Below are positions 38,696-50,587 of a stretch of DNA of 64,000 nucleotides, in pieces. The stretch lies in the NCBI RefSeq assembly GCF_013315695.1, contig NZ_CP054353.1. One strand, written 5' to 3'. The DNA comes from Escherichia coli. GTDB lineage: Bacteria > Pseudomonadota > Gammaproteobacteria > Enterobacterales > Enterobacteriaceae. Positions within the stretch are counted from its first letter, which is position 1. Each line of letters begins with the position of its first letter. The translations under genes and the position numbers were made by a program. Under the pieces are notes generated by a model. It saw only the letters and a program-made list of their open reading frames with translations. It was not told the DNA's origin and searched no databases.

Positions 38696-40186
38696 TTAAC
38701 TTTTGGTTTTGACTAAATCGTTTTTGGCGCTGCCAAACGGCACGGCACCGCTAAATGGTTTGCCGTCGATAGCGTCATGAGTACGCAATGCTTCCGGGCG
38801 CAGCCAACGCTGAACGCGAGAAGGCATATCCAGACCAATCAGCAGGATCACCACAAACGTCAAACTGAACGAGAGCGATGCCAGCGCAGTACCCAGATCC
38901 AGACGTTGAGCGATCAACGCGCCGATGATTGGGGCCAGTGCGCCGCCCAATGCGCCAACGTTGTAGGTAAAGCCCAGGCCCGCTGCACGCTGGTCGGTAT
39001 CGAAATAACCGCCAATCAGTTTCGGTAAGATCCCGGCGATCCCTTGTCCAAGCATTTGCTGGAAGAACAGTAACAGACCGAGCACCCAGACGTTTGCGCC
39101 GCCAATCGCAAATACCGGAATAATCAGCAGCTGCGAGGCCAGCAGACTACAAACGTACGCTTTGCGGGTTCCCAGCCAGTCACCGAGGAAGCCACCGACG
39201 CAGCACCCCACCGCCGCGCCAAAGCCACTAAAGAACAGCACATTGGCGACAGTATGCGGGTCATAAGCCAGATCGGTTTTCAGATACGTTGGCAGCAGCG
39301 CCTGAATCGGCCATGAGTAGAGGAAAGCAAACAACACGACCACCATCAGCATTACGCCCGTTGGCCAGCGTTTGCCCGTACTCTGCACCATAAAGCTGAT
39401 AAAGATTGCGGCGCATAACAGCCCAAGAACAGCGACGATCGCGGCATTTTGCAGGTTACCGGCGAAGCAGAACCACAGCGCAGTAGCCGCCGCCAGTGTC
39501 ATTACGATATTGGCAATGCGATGTTCACCACGGTAGAGAATATCCACCATTGTGCGTACCGGTGCTTTACCCCCGTGTTTCTCTTTCCAGTCTTCCGCTT
39601 CCGGGATGTTTTTACGCAGCCAGAGAGCAAAGATGATTGGCAAAATGCCGATAAAGAACAGCGCGCGCCAGCCCCAGACCGGAACCACCAGACTATAGAC
39701 CTGAGCGGCAACGACGGCCCCCACTGAGAAGCCTGAAATCAGAAAACCACTGGCTTTGTTACGCAGATGCTTTGGCCAGCTTTCAATGACATAGGTGGCG
39801 CTGGAACCGTATTCACCCGCCATCCCCATGCCGATGACCAGACGAGCGATAAACATGGTGATGTAGCCTGGCGCAAAGCCGCAGGCCAGCGTCCCGGCCG
39901 AGAAGAGAACGATGCTGGTGACCATTGCCAGACGACGCCCGTAGCGGTCACCCATAGCGCCGAGCATCAGGCCGCCGAACCAGCGAGAGATAAAGGCTGC
40001 GGAGATCAGACTTGCCGCCTGCACCGTCGTGAGCCCGAATTCACCCTGTACTTCGGTGAGTACCAGGGCGATTAAAACGAAATCAAAACCGTCAAGCAGA
40101 TATCCCAACCAGGCAGCGGAAAATGCCCGCCATTGTGCGCGGTTAAGATGGCGATACCACGGGATATTCTGGGTTGTAGTACTCAT
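38696..40186 (-). CDS. nanT: Sialic acid (Neu5Ac) MFS transporter
   Basis: Trimmed to [50 protein letters not shown]... (496 aa). Confidence 0.95.
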
Positions 40187-40294
40187 TGTGAGTCTCCCGC
40201 GGTGGGCGATGCCCACACGCTTTGGTATGAAAATTGTAGGGTACAGATGCGTTTATTTCCCCTCACCCGGTAGGGGCGAGCGAGGGGAAAAAAC

Positions 40295-41188
40295 TCACCC
40301 GCGCTCTTGCATCAACTGCTGGGCCAGCGCCTTCAGTTCTGGCAGATATTTTTCATCTACCGGACCAAACGGTTTGCGGCACAGCGGCACAGAAACGACA
40401 TCCATATAATGGAGGACAGTTTTCAGGCCGCGGAATACGCCCGTTTTGATCAGTAAATCAATGACTTTATTGCACTCAGTTTGCAGTTTCTGCGCGGTCT
40501 GGATATCGCCTTCTTTCAGCGCCTTAACAATGCCCTGATAACGCCAGCCCATGATGTTGTAGGTACTACCGATACCACCATCAGCGCCCGCCAGAAGACC
40601 AGAGGCGAAGATTTCGTCGTAACCGTTGTAGAGCACCAGATCCGGATGTTCACGACGGATCTGCTCCATCTGATAGAGATCGCCAGAGGTCTGTTTCAGC
40701 GCGCCAACACCTGGCAACGTAACCAGAGTGTTGATCTGATCCAGGCTCAGTTTAACGCCACTTAACGCCGGAATGTTGTACACCACCATCGGCAAACCAT
40801 CCGCTGAATCAATAATTGCCCGATAGTGATCGCAGTGTTCTTCAAAGCTGAAAGGATAGTAGAACGGCGTAACGGCAGAGACGGCATCGAAGCCATAACG
40901 TTTAGCCGATGCCGCAAGTTGTTGGCTTTCAGCAGTGCTGACGCAACCTACGTGAGCGATGAGTTTAATCTTGCCTTTCGCCTCTTCGGCGACGATTTCC
41001 AGTACCTGTTCACGCTCGGAAAGGCTTTGTACAAAGGCTTCGCCGGTAGAACCACCCACGTATAAACCGTCGATGCCCTGCTGAATATTGAACTGAACCA
41101 GGCGACGCAGACTCGCTTTATCCAGTGCTTGTTGTTGATCAAAAGGAGTCAGGAGTGCGGCCATTACGCCACGTAAATTCGTTGCCAT
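40295..41188 (-). CDS. nanA: N-acetylneuraminate lyase
   Basis: 297-aa [58 protein letters not shown]... Confidence 0.96.
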
Positions 41189-41223
41189 AAATACCTCTGA
41201 AGTGATGCTTGTCTGATAAACGA

Positions 41224-41246
41224 TATACCTTTATACCTGTTATACC
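41224..41246 (-). promoter_or_regulatory. NanR operator (three GGTATA repeats) in the nanA promoter
   Basis: Plus-strand TATACC at 41224, 41232 and 41241 (GGTATA x3 on the nanA strand), 36-60 bp upstream of nanA start; matches the known NanR-binding GGTATA repeats. Confidence 0.65.
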
Positions 41247-41309
41247 AGATCAATTAAGCAACACCCCATACAGAAAGCTTATAATGCGATCTGCTTCACT
41301 AAAGTGGCA

Positions 41310-42101
41310 TTATTTCTTTTTGTTGGTGGTCTGACCGAAGGCGTGCCAGGTAGCAGAGACGCTGTTGAGATGCGATTGCAACGCGCGATCGGCTTCATCG
41401 GGATCGTGGCGGCGGATCGCGTCAACGATCGCAATATGCTGTTGATAGCTAACGTTGTTATGCTCGTGCAGAGCCTGATCAGCCACGGTTGGACGTGCGG
41501 CGATCAGCCAGTCGAGCAGGGCAACGTGGATCGCCATGAAGATTGGGTTACCGGGGATCTCCGCCAGCACGCGGTGGAAATCAACGTCTGAACGAATGAA
41601 TGCCGCGTTGTTATCCAGCGACTGACTGTTGATTTCCAGTGCTTTTGCCAGCAAATCGATTTGCTCATCGGTGGCGTGTTCAGCCGCATAGCGCACCAGG
41701 CTGGATTCAAAGAACAGACGTAATTGTTCGAAATGGGCAATCCCGCCAGGATGAGAAAGGAAATCTTTCGCCATGCCGGAAAGCTCGCCGATGATGGTGT
41801 CCGCAGAAGGACGTGAGACGCGAGCGCGTTCGCCGTTGTTTATCTGCACCAGACCTTTGCGTTTTAACGCTGCCAGCGCTTCACGCACCGAAGGACGCCC
41901 GACGTTAAAGAACGCCATCAGTTCGCGTTCAGACGGTAATTGTTCACCTTCGCCAAATTCACGACGGCGGATCATCTGTTCCAGCTCTTCTTCCACCATT
42001 TCGGAGAGTTTTTTACGCGCCAGCGGGCGGCTGCGTAAGTTGCGGCCAATTGCAGGTGAAGAATCTTCGGTTTGCGAATCAAATGCGTTCATAAGGCCCA
42101 T
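41310..42101 (-). CDS. nanR: GntR/FadR-family repressor of sialic acid catabolism NanR
   Basis: 263-aa [78 protein letters not shown]... Confidence 0.95.
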   Translation of the reverse strand: MGLMNAFDSQTEDSSPAIGRNLRSRPLARKKLSEMVEEELEQMIRRREFGEGEQLPSERELMAFFNVGRPSVREALAALKRKGLVQINNGERARVSRPSADTIIGELSGMAKDFLSHPGGIAHFEQLRLFFESSLVRYAAEHATDEQIDLLAKALEINSQSLDNNAAFIRSDVDFHRVLAEIPGNPIFMAIHVALLDWLIAARPTVADQALHEHNNVSYQQHIAIVDAIRRHDPDEADRALQSHLNSVSATWHAFGQTTNKKK

Positions 42102-43648
42102 TCTGTAAGGTCAGTGTGATTAACATCATCAGTGACATCCTATCACAGGATTGAAAGTAGGGGGAAATGGCGGGGTTTTCTCTTTGTGCCTCATCATTAC
42201 TATAATTAACTGAATAATTAACTATTGCGAAAAATTAATGTAACGCAGATAAAAACATCCCGACTGAATTATTCATAAGACTATTAACAAGTATTATGAA
42301 TATTATGAATGTGTTCTTACAAAATAATCATAAGCGCATATTTTTTAATGAAAAATCACCTCATCTACAATTAAAAACACGACATCCGCACCATAAATAG
42401 CCTTGCAAAAAATATAACATCATTGTTTTCAATCTGCCGTTTATGGGATTGACCGTTTTCTTTTGACACGGAGTTCAACAATGTTCGGCATAATTATATC
42501 TGTCATCGTATTAATTACGATGGGCTATTTGATCCTGAAAAACTACAAACCTCAGGTGGTGCTGGCTGCCGCAGGTATCTTCCTGATGATGTGCGGTGTC
42601 TGGTTAGGGTTCGGTGGTGTGCTCGATCCCGCCAAAAGCAGCGGCTACTTGATCGTCGATATTTATAATGAAATCCTGCGCATGCTGTCCAACCGCATTG
42701 CCGGATTGGGGCTGTCGATTATGGCAGTGGGTGGTTATGCCCGCTATATGGAGCGCATAGGGGCCAGTCGCGCGATGGTGAGCTTGTTAAGCCGCCCGTT
42801 AAAACTCATTCGCTCGCCGTATATTATTCTGTCGGCAACTTACGTCATCGGCCAAATCATGGCGCAGTTTATTACCAGCGCCTCCGGTCTGGGTATGTTG
42901 CTGATGGTCACCTTATTTCCGACGCTGGTGAGTCTGGGAGTAAGTCGCCTCTCTGCGGTGGCGGTTATCGCAACCACGATGTCCATTGAGTGGGGGATTC
43001 TGGAAACGAACTCCATTTTTGCTGCCCAGGTCGCAGGAATGAAAATTGCCACTTACTTCTTCCACTACCAGCTTCCGGTCGCCTCTTGCGTCATTATCTC
43101 GGTGGCGATCTCCCACTTTTTCGTGCAACGCGCTTTCGACAAAAAAGATAAAAATATCAATCACGAACAGGCAGAGCAAAAAGCTCTCGATAATGTCCCG
43201 CCGCTCTATTACGCCATTTTACCGGTGATGCCGTTAATCCTGATGCTCGGCTCGCTGTTCCTTGCCCACGTCGGGCTGATGCAGTCAGAACTGCATCTGG
43301 TGGTGGTGATGTTACTGAGTTTGACGGTGACGATGTTTGTTGAGTTCTTCCACAAGCATAACTTGCGCGAAACAATGGACGATGTGCAGGCGTTTTTTGA
43401 CGGCATGGGTACGCAGTTTGCCAACGTGGTAACGCTGGTGGTCGCGGGTGAAATATTTGCGAAAGGCTTAACGACGATTGGCACTGTCGATGCGGTTATC
43501 AGGGGGGCGGAGCATTCTGGTCTGGGCGGTATTGGCGTGATGATTATTATGGCGCTGGTCATTGCCATTTGTGCCATTGTGATGGGCTCAGGCGGTGATG
43601 CTGCCAACTTACTGATTTAGTGTATGATGGTGTTTTTGAGGTGCTCCA

Positions 43649-43924
43649 GTGGCTTCTGTTTCTATCAGCTGTCCCTCCTGTTCAGCTACTGACGGGGTGG
43701 TGCGTAACGGCAAAAGCACCGCCGGACATCAGCGCTATCTCTGCTCTCACTGCCGTAAAACATGGCAACTGCAGTTCACTTACACCGCTTCTCAACCCGG
43801 TACGCACCAGAAAATCATTGATATGGCCATGAATGGCGTTGGATGCCGGGCAACAGCCCGCATTATGGGCGTTGGCCTCAACACGATTTTACGTCACTTA
43901 AAAAACTCAGGCCGCAGTCGGTAA
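43649..43924 (+). CDS. insA: IS1 InsA
   Basis: 91-aa [94 protein letters not shown]. Confidence 0.96.
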
Positions 43925-44346
43925 CCTCGCGCATACAGCCGGGCAGTGACGTCATCGTCTGCGCGGAAATGGACGAACAGTGGGGCTATGTCGGGGCTAA
44001 ATCGCGCCAGCGCTGGCTGTTTTACGCGTATGACAGGCTCCGGAAGACGGTTGTTGCGCACGTATTCGGTGAACGCACTATGGCGACGCTGGGGCGTCTT
44101 ATGAGCCTGCTGTCACCCTTTGACGTGGTGATATGGATGACGGATGGCTGGCCGCTGTATGAATCCCGCCTGAAGGGAAAGCTGCACGTAATCAGCAAGC
44201 GATATACGCAGCGAATTGAGCGGCATAACCTGAATCTGAGGCAGCACCTGGCACGGCTGGGACGGAAGTCGCTGTCGTTCTCAAAATCGGTGGAGCTGCA
44301 TGACAAAGTCATCGGGCATTATCTGAACATAAAACACTATCAATAA
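43843..44346 (+). CDS. insB: IS1 InsB (transposase made as InsAB' by -1 frameshift)
   Basis: 167-aa [67 protein letters not shown]...; overlaps insA in the -1 frame. Confidence 0.93.
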
Positions 44347-44637
44347 GTTGGAGTCATTACCCGCTCAGGCAATGCGCCGTTTATGTCATTTGCCAGTCTT
44401 ATTCCGAATATCGCAGCCGGACTACATGTACCAGCGGTTGTAATGATTATGCCGATGCATTTTGCCACGACGCTAGCGCGCGCTGTTTCGCCGATTACTG
44501 CGGTGGTGGTCGTTACGTCAGGAATTGCAGGCGTTTCGCCTTTTGCGGTAGTGAAGCGGACAGCGATCCCCATGGCAGTCGGTTTCGTGGTGAATATGAT
44601 TGCCACTATCACGCTATTTTATTAAGCGATTAAAAAG

Positions 44638-44664
44638 ACAAAACAGGCCGCCAGGGCCTGTTTT
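44638..44664. terminator. Bidirectional intrinsic terminator between convergent dcuD and sspB
   Basis: AAAA-CAGGCC-gccag-GGCCTG-TTTT. Confidence 0.7.
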
Positions 44665-44668
44665 AGTA

Positions 44669-45166
44669 TTACTTCACAACGCGTAATGCTGGTCGACCAC
44701 CGCGTGGTGGCTGCGGTGGTTCATCGTCAGGATGAGTGTCATCATCGTGATCTGGCTTGTCGCCATCAATAACCGACATAACGGTTTCGTTGTCTGCCGA
44801 TGCCTCTTCATCATTCATGATGCTGGCATCTTCATCGTAGGCAGCTTCAGGTTCAAACATCGTGCCTGCGCCATTTTCACGGGCGTAGATAGCCAGCACG
44901 GCAGCCAGCGGCACAGAAACCTGACGCGGAATGCCACCAAAGCGCGCGTTAAAGCGCACCTCATCATTCGCCAGTTCCAGATTGCCGACAGCTCGCGGCG
45001 CAATGTTGAGTACGATTTGCCCGTCACGCGCATATTCCATAGGAACCTGCACGCCAGGGAGCGTCACATCCACCACCAAGTGCGGCGTGAGCTGGTTATC
45101 CAGCAACCACTCATAGAATGCACGCAGCAGATAGGGACGACGTGGTGTTAGCTGTGACAAATCCAT
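44669..45166 (-). CDS. sspB: ClpXP specificity-enhancing adaptor SspB
   Basis: 165-aa ORF MDLSQLTPRRPYLLRAFYEWLLDNQLTPHLVVDVTLPGVQVPMEYARDGQIVLNIAP...; C-terminal ...GGRPALRVVK. Confidence 0.95.
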   Translation of the reverse strand: MDLSQLTPRRPYLLRAFYEWLLDNQLTPHLVVDVTLPGVQVPMEYARDGQIVLNIAPRAVGNLELANDEVRFNARFGGIPRQVSVPLAAVLAIYARENGAGTMFEPEAAYDEDASIMNDEEASADNETVMSVIDGDKPDHDDDTHPDDEPPQPPRGGRPALRVVK

Positions 45167-45171
45167 ACAGA

Positions 45172-45810
45172 TTAACTCCGGCCCAGACGCATTTCACGTT
45201 CAGCTTCAGTTAAAGAAGCAAGGAAAGAGTCACGCTCAAAGACGCGGGTCATATAGCCTTTCAGCTCTTTCGCACCCGGGCCGCTGAACTCGATGCCCAG
45301 TTGCGGCAAACGCCACAGCAGCGGAGCAAGGTAGCAATCGACCAGGCTGAACTCATCGCTCAGGAAGTACGGCTTCTGACCGAAGACCGGTGCAATCGCC
45401 AGCAGTTCTTCGCGCAGTTGCTTACGTGCGGCATCTGCTTCAGAAGCTGAACCGTTGATGATGGTGTTCATCAGCGTGTACCAGTCTTTTTCGATGCGAT
45501 GCATGTACAGACGGCTTTCACCGCGAGCTACCGGGTAAACAGGCATCAGTGGCGGATGCGGGAAACGCTCATCCAGATATTCCATAATGATGCGAGATTC
45601 CCACAGGGTCAGCTCACGATCCACCAGGGTCGGAACGCTCTGATTCGGGTTGAGGTCAATCAGATCCTGAGGCGGATTGTCCTTTTCCACGTGTTCGATC
45701 TCGAAACTTACACCTTTCTCAGCCAGCACAATGCGGACCTGATGGCTATAGATGTCAGTAGGACCGGAAAACAGCGTCATTACCGAACGTTTGTTGGCAG
45801 CGACAGCCAT
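45172..45810 (-). CDS. sspA: Stringent starvation protein A
   Basis: 212-aa GST-like ORF MAVAANKRSVMTLFSGPTDIYSHQVRIVLAEKGVSFEIEHVEKDNPPQDLIDLNP... Confidence 0.96.
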   Translation of the reverse strand: MAVAANKRSVMTLFSGPTDIYSHQVRIVLAEKGVSFEIEHVEKDNPPQDLIDLNPNQSVPTLVDRELTLWESRIIMEYLDERFPHPPLMPVYPVARGESRLYMHRIEKDWYTLMNTIINGSASEADAARKQLREELLAIAPVFGQKPYFLSDEFSLVDCYLAPLLWRLPQLGIEFSGPGAKELKGYMTRVFERDSFLASLTEAEREMRLGRS

Positions 45811-46144
45811 GAAAACCTCCAGGTATAGTCAGAATTTTTACTGCTACCAGCCACCAGGTGGCCAGTCAGAAGTTGTGTTACCCAGTAAGGAACGACTCTC
45901 TTTGTTCGAAAATCAAACAAAAAATGAGCAATACCCGACATTTGGGCAGAAAATTGGATGATAGTTTACCAGATTTTGCGACCTTTGTGGTGAGTCGATG
46001 CCGGAAATGGGGAAAAAGAGATGCGCTTTAGTCTGAAATAGTTGACTTAGTCCCTTATTGGCGATGTGGTTTTTGTTTTGCCTGTTGTCAGACGGCAGCA
46101 AAAAGCAACTTTCCATTTTTTACGCTGATTCAGAATTTAGCCAT

Positions 46145-46171
46145 AAAAAAACCCGCCGAAGCGGGTTTTTT
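46145..46171 (-). terminator. Intrinsic terminator downstream of rpsI
   Basis: AAAAAA-ACCCGC-cgaa-GCGGGT-TTTTT; stem flanked by A- and T-runs. Confidence 0.75.
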
Positions 46172-46203
46172 CGCAAATTGTTTTCTGCCGGAGCAGAAGC
46201 CAA

Positions 46204-46599
<396 letters not shown>

Positions 46600-46611
46600 C
46601 TATAATCCCGA

Positions 46612-47127
<516 letters not shown>

Positions 47128-47258
47128 CTACCCCTTCGAATAGCCTATGCCAGCACACAAAAAGTTTTGGGAAAAAAACTTTCTTGTAACGTGGGGTCGC
47201 AGGATTATAGAGAAGTCGGGGTCAAAGATCGACCCCTTTTTGTGATTTGTGGCAGGTT

Positions 47259-48386
47259 TTAACCCGCTAAATGCTCGCGCTTCAGATACTCTTCGCTTTG
47301 CATCTCTTGCAGACGTGACAGGCAACGCTGGAACTCAAATTTCAGCCGCTCGCCCTGATAAATGTCATATAGCGGCACTTCTGCACTCACCACTAATTTG
47401 ACATGGCGCTCGTAAAACTCATCCACCAGCGCAATAAAGCGCCGCGCTTCGCTCTCCATCAACCGCGTCATAACTGGTACATCAAACAACATGACCGTGT
47501 GAAAGAGGCGTGAGAGCGCAATATAGTCATGCTGACTGCGGGCGTCGACGCACAGCGTAGTAAAAGAGACCGCCAGCGTCTGGTTCTCGACGCCCATTGT
47601 CGCCAATGGCCGATGGTTGATTTCTAATGTCGGTGAATTTTCTCGTTTCGCCCCCGCCAGCGCCAACCATAGTTTATCCATTTGCGCCCGAGTTTCATCG
47701 TTGAGGGGCGAAAGCCACAGATGCGCCTGAGTGAGTGTACGCAGTCGATAATCAACACCAGCGTCCACGTTCATTACATCACAATGCTGTTTAATGGCAT
47801 CGATTGCAGGCAAAAAACGCGCACGTTGTAGGCCATTTCGATAAAGTTCGTCCGGCGGAATATTTGACGTCGCTACCAGGGTAATACCGCGGGCGAACAG
47901 GGCTTTCATCAGACCGCCAAGTAGCATGGCATCGGTAATATCAGAAACAAAAAATTCGTCAAAACAGAGCACGTCAGTTTCTGCTTTAAAGCGATCAGCA
48001 ATAATTTCCAGCGGATCGGTCTGCCCCTGTAAGGCAGTTAGCTCTTCATGCACCCGCAGCATAAAACGGTGAAAGTGCAGGCGCTGTTTCCGCTCTCCCG
48101 GCAGGCTTTGATAGAAAAGGTCCATCAGCCAGGTTTTCCCGCGTCCTACACCGCCCCACATATATAAGCCACGCACTGGCGTATGCTTTGTGTCTTCGCG
48201 TTTACCCCACAGCTTACCGACCCGCGCCATTAGCCCACTCGTCGTGGGGGCTGGAGGCGTGCTATTGATGAGTTCCTGATAAATAATTTCCAGGCGGCTG
48301 ACGGCCTCTTTTTGAACGTCGTCGGGTTGATGGCTGCCTTCATTGAGCGCCTTCAGGTATTGCGATGTTGGGGTAACGCTTTGCAT
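47259..48386 (-). CDS. zapE: Cell division ATPase ZapE (YhcM)
   Basis: 375-aa ORF MQSVTPTSQYLKALNEGSHQPDDVQKEAVSRLEIIYQEL...; Walker A GGVGRGKT. Confidence 0.93.
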   Translation of the reverse strand: MQSVTPTSQYLKALNEGSHQPDDVQKEAVSRLEIIYQELINSTPPAPTTSGLMARVGKLWGKREDTKHTPVRGLYMWGGVGRGKTWLMDLFYQSLPGERKQRLHFHRFMLRVHEELTALQGQTDPLEIIADRFKAETDVLCFDEFFVSDITDAMLLGGLMKALFARGITLVATSNIPPDELYRNGLQRARFLPAIDAIKQHCDVMNVDAGVDYRLRTLTQAHLWLSPLNDETRAQMDKLWLALAGAKRENSPTLEINHRPLATMGVENQTLAVSFTTLCVDARSQHDYIALSRLFHTVMLFDVPVMTRLMESEARRFIALVDEFYERHVKLVVSAEVPLYDIYQGERLKFEFQRCLSRLQEMQSEEYLKREHLAG

Positions 48387-48578
48387 GATCTTATTGTTAT
48401 TCCTTGAATAATCGGTGCGCCGTTGTTCACGGTTGACGAAAAAAGGCCGTTCTACACTACGCGATATGCAGTCGGGATTCCACTTCTGTGGAATTAACGG
48501 TTATAGTGGCATAATCAGCCGCAGGCATGGAGCCTGAAGCCAACACCCTACGGAAACAAAAGACAACGGGAGATGTTC

Positions 48579-48977
48579 ATGACCTGGGAATATGCGCTAA
48601 TTGGGTTAGTCGTCGGCATCATTATTGGTGCTGTGGCCATGCGTTTTGGTAATCGTAAACTACGCCAGCAACAGGCGTTGCAGTACGAACTGGAAAAGAA
48701 TAAAGCTGAACTGGACGAGTATCGCGAAGAGCTGGTTAGCCACTTTGCCCGCAGCGCGGAATTACTGGATACCATGGCGCACGACTATCGCCAGCTGTAT
48801 CAGCACATGGCGAAAAGCTCCAGTAGCCTGCTGCCGGAACTGTCTGCGGAAGCAAACCCGTTCCGTAATCGTCTGGCAGAGTCTGAAGCCAGCAACGATC
48901 AGGCACCGGTGCAGATGCCTCGCGACTATTCTGAAGGCGCATCCGGCCTGCTGCGTACTGGCGCGAAGCGCGACTAA
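48579..48977 (+). CDS. zapG: Inner membrane protein ZapG (YhcB)
   Basis: MTWEYALIGLVVGIIIGAVAMRFGNRKLRQQQALQYELEKNKAELDEYREELVSHFA...; start taken at second ATG (track ORF starts 2 codons upstream). Confidence 0.9.
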   Translation: MTWEYALIGLVVGIIIGAVAMRFGNRKLRQQQALQYELEKNKAELDEYREELVSHFARSAELLDTMAHDYRQLYQHMAKSSSSLLPELSAEANPFRNRLAESEASNDQAPVQMPRDYSEGASGLLRTGAKRD

Positions 48978-49130
48978 TTTATTTTTCGGGCGCAGCCATT
49001 GCGCCCTCCTCTTCTCTCCCTCCCCGACTATCATTTAATCTGGTGTCTCATTGTTAGCCGTCTGAAAATTCAATAACATCAAACTGTTTTGAATCTCTTT
49101 TCTTATCATTCAGGTACGAGAGCAGGAATA

Positions 49131-50498
49131 ATGAAAAAACAAACCCAGCTGTTGAGTGCATTAGCGTTAAGTGTCGGGTTAACTCTCTCGGCGTCATTTC
49201 AGGCCGTCGCGTCGATTCCAGGCCAGGTTGCCGATCAGGCCCCCCTCCCCAGTCTGGCTCCAATGCTGGAAAAAGTGCTTCCGGCAGTGGTGAGCGTACG
49301 GGTGGAAGGAACGGCCAGTCAGGGACAGAAAATCCCGGAAGAATTCAAAAAGTTTTTTGGTGATGATTTACCGGATCAACCTGCACAACCCTTCGAAGGT
49401 TTAGGCTCCGGTGTCATCATCAACGCCAGTAAAGGCTATGTACTGACCAACAACCATGTGATTAATCAGGCACAGAAAATCAGTATTCAGCTCAATGATG
49501 GGCGCGAGTTTGATGCAAAACTGATTGGTAGCGATGACCAGAGCGATATCGCCCTGTTACAAATTCAAAACCCGAGCAAATTAACGCAAATCGCTATTGC
49601 CGACTCCGATAAATTGCGCGTCGGTGATTTTGCCGTGGCGGTCGGTAACCCATTTGGCCTTGGGCAAACCGCCACCTCTGGCATTGTTTCCGCATTAGGC
49701 CGCAGCGGGTTGAATCTTGAAGGTCTGGAAAACTTTATCCAGACAGATGCTTCCATTAACCGCGGTAACTCCGGCGGAGCACTGTTAAACCTTAACGGTG
49801 AGTTAATTGGCATCAACACGGCAATCCTTGCGCCTGGCGGTGGGAGCGTCGGGATTGGATTTGCCATCCCCAGTAATATGGCGCGAACACTGGCGCAGCA
49901 GCTTATCGACTTCGGTGAAATCAAACGCGGTCTGTTAGGCATCAAAGGCACCGAGATGAGTGCCGATATCGCCAAAGCCTTCAACCTTGACGTGCAGCGT
50001 GGCGCGTTTGTCAGCGAAGTGTTGCCAGGTTCTGGCTCGGCAAAAGCGGGCATCAAAGCGGGCGATATTATTACCAGCCTCAACGGCAAACCGCTGAATA
50101 GCTTTGCTGAGTTGCGCTCTCGTATCGCGACCACCGAGCCGGGCACAAAAGTGAAACTTGGCCTGCTGCGTAACGGCAAACCACTGGAAGTAGAAGTGAC
50201 GCTCGATACCAGCACCTCTTCGTCGGCCAGCGCTGAAATGATCACGCCAGCGCTGGAAGGTGCAACGTTGAGCGATGGTCAGCTAAAAGATGGCGGCAAA
50301 GGTATTAAGATCGATGAGGTTGTCAAAGGAAGCCCAGCTGCTCAGGCTGGCTTGCAAAAAGACGATGTGATCATTGGCGTCAACCGCGATCGGGTGAACT
50401 CGATTGCTGAAATGCGTAAAGTGCTGGCGGCAAAACCGGCCATCATCGCCCTGCAAATTGTACGCGGCAATGAAAGCATCTATCTGCTGATGCGTTAA
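49131..50498 (+). CDS. degQ: Periplasmic serine endoprotease DegQ
   Basis: Trimmed to MKKQTQLLSALALSVGLTLSASFQAVA...; catalytic GNSGGAL motif and two PDZ domains (455 aa). Confidence 0.95.
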   Translation: MKKQTQLLSALALSVGLTLSASFQAVASIPGQVADQAPLPSLAPMLEKVLPAVVSVRVEGTASQGQKIPEEFKKFFGDDLPDQPAQPFEGLGSGVIINASKGYVLTNNHVINQAQKISIQLNDGREFDAKLIGSDDQSDIALLQIQNPSKLTQIAIADSDKLRVGDFAVAVGNPFGLGQTATSGIVSALGRSGLNLEGLENFIQTDASINRGNSGGALLNLNGELIGINTAILAPGGGSVGIGFAIPSNMARTLAQQLIDFGEIKRGLLGIKGTEMSADIAKAFNLDVQRGAFVSEVLPGSGSAKAGIKAGDIITSLNGKPLNSFAELRSRIATTEPGTKVKLGLLRNGKPLEVEVTLDTSTSSSASAEMITPALEGATLSDGQLKDGGKGIKIDEVVKGSPAAQAGLQKDDVIIGVNRDRVNSIAEMRKVLAAKPAIIALQIVRGNESIYLLMR

Positions 50499-50587
50499 TG
50501 TCGTAAACCGGGCATCAGGCTGACGTGTGATGTCCGGTTAACTCGTGGTATGCTGCTGCCGTTCCCTTTTTTAATGACGCCTCCATC

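Larger units (their letters stand above)
43594..44361 (+). mobile_element. IS1 insertion sequence (768 bp)
   Basis: Starts GGTGATGCTGCCAACTTACTGATTTAGTGTATGATGGTG and ends ...ATCAATAAGTTGGAGTCATTACC (about 23-bp terminal inverted repeats); flanked by GGCTCAGGC (left) and CGCTCAGGC (right), an 8-9 bp target duplication; A6C frameshift motif TTAAAAAAC at 43898..43906. Confidence 0.97.
42481..44625 (+). pseudogene. dcuD: dcuD (DcuC-family C4-dicarboxylate transporter) interrupted by IS1
   Basis: 5' part 42481..43593 ([32 protein letters not shown]...[10 protein letters not shown]) and 3' part 44362..44625 (..[20 protein letters not shown]...ATITLFY) are separated by a complete IS1; the two parts join in frame if the IS and one target-duplication copy are removed. 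Confidence 0.9.

Noticed and set aside
40217-40294. CCCCTC...GAGGGG inverted repeat with adjacent A/T runs in the nanA-nanT spacer
   Set aside because: The U-tract precedes rather than follows the stem on the operon strand, so it does not fit an intrinsic terminator. It is probably an RNA processing or stability element, but I cannot support that from sequence alone.
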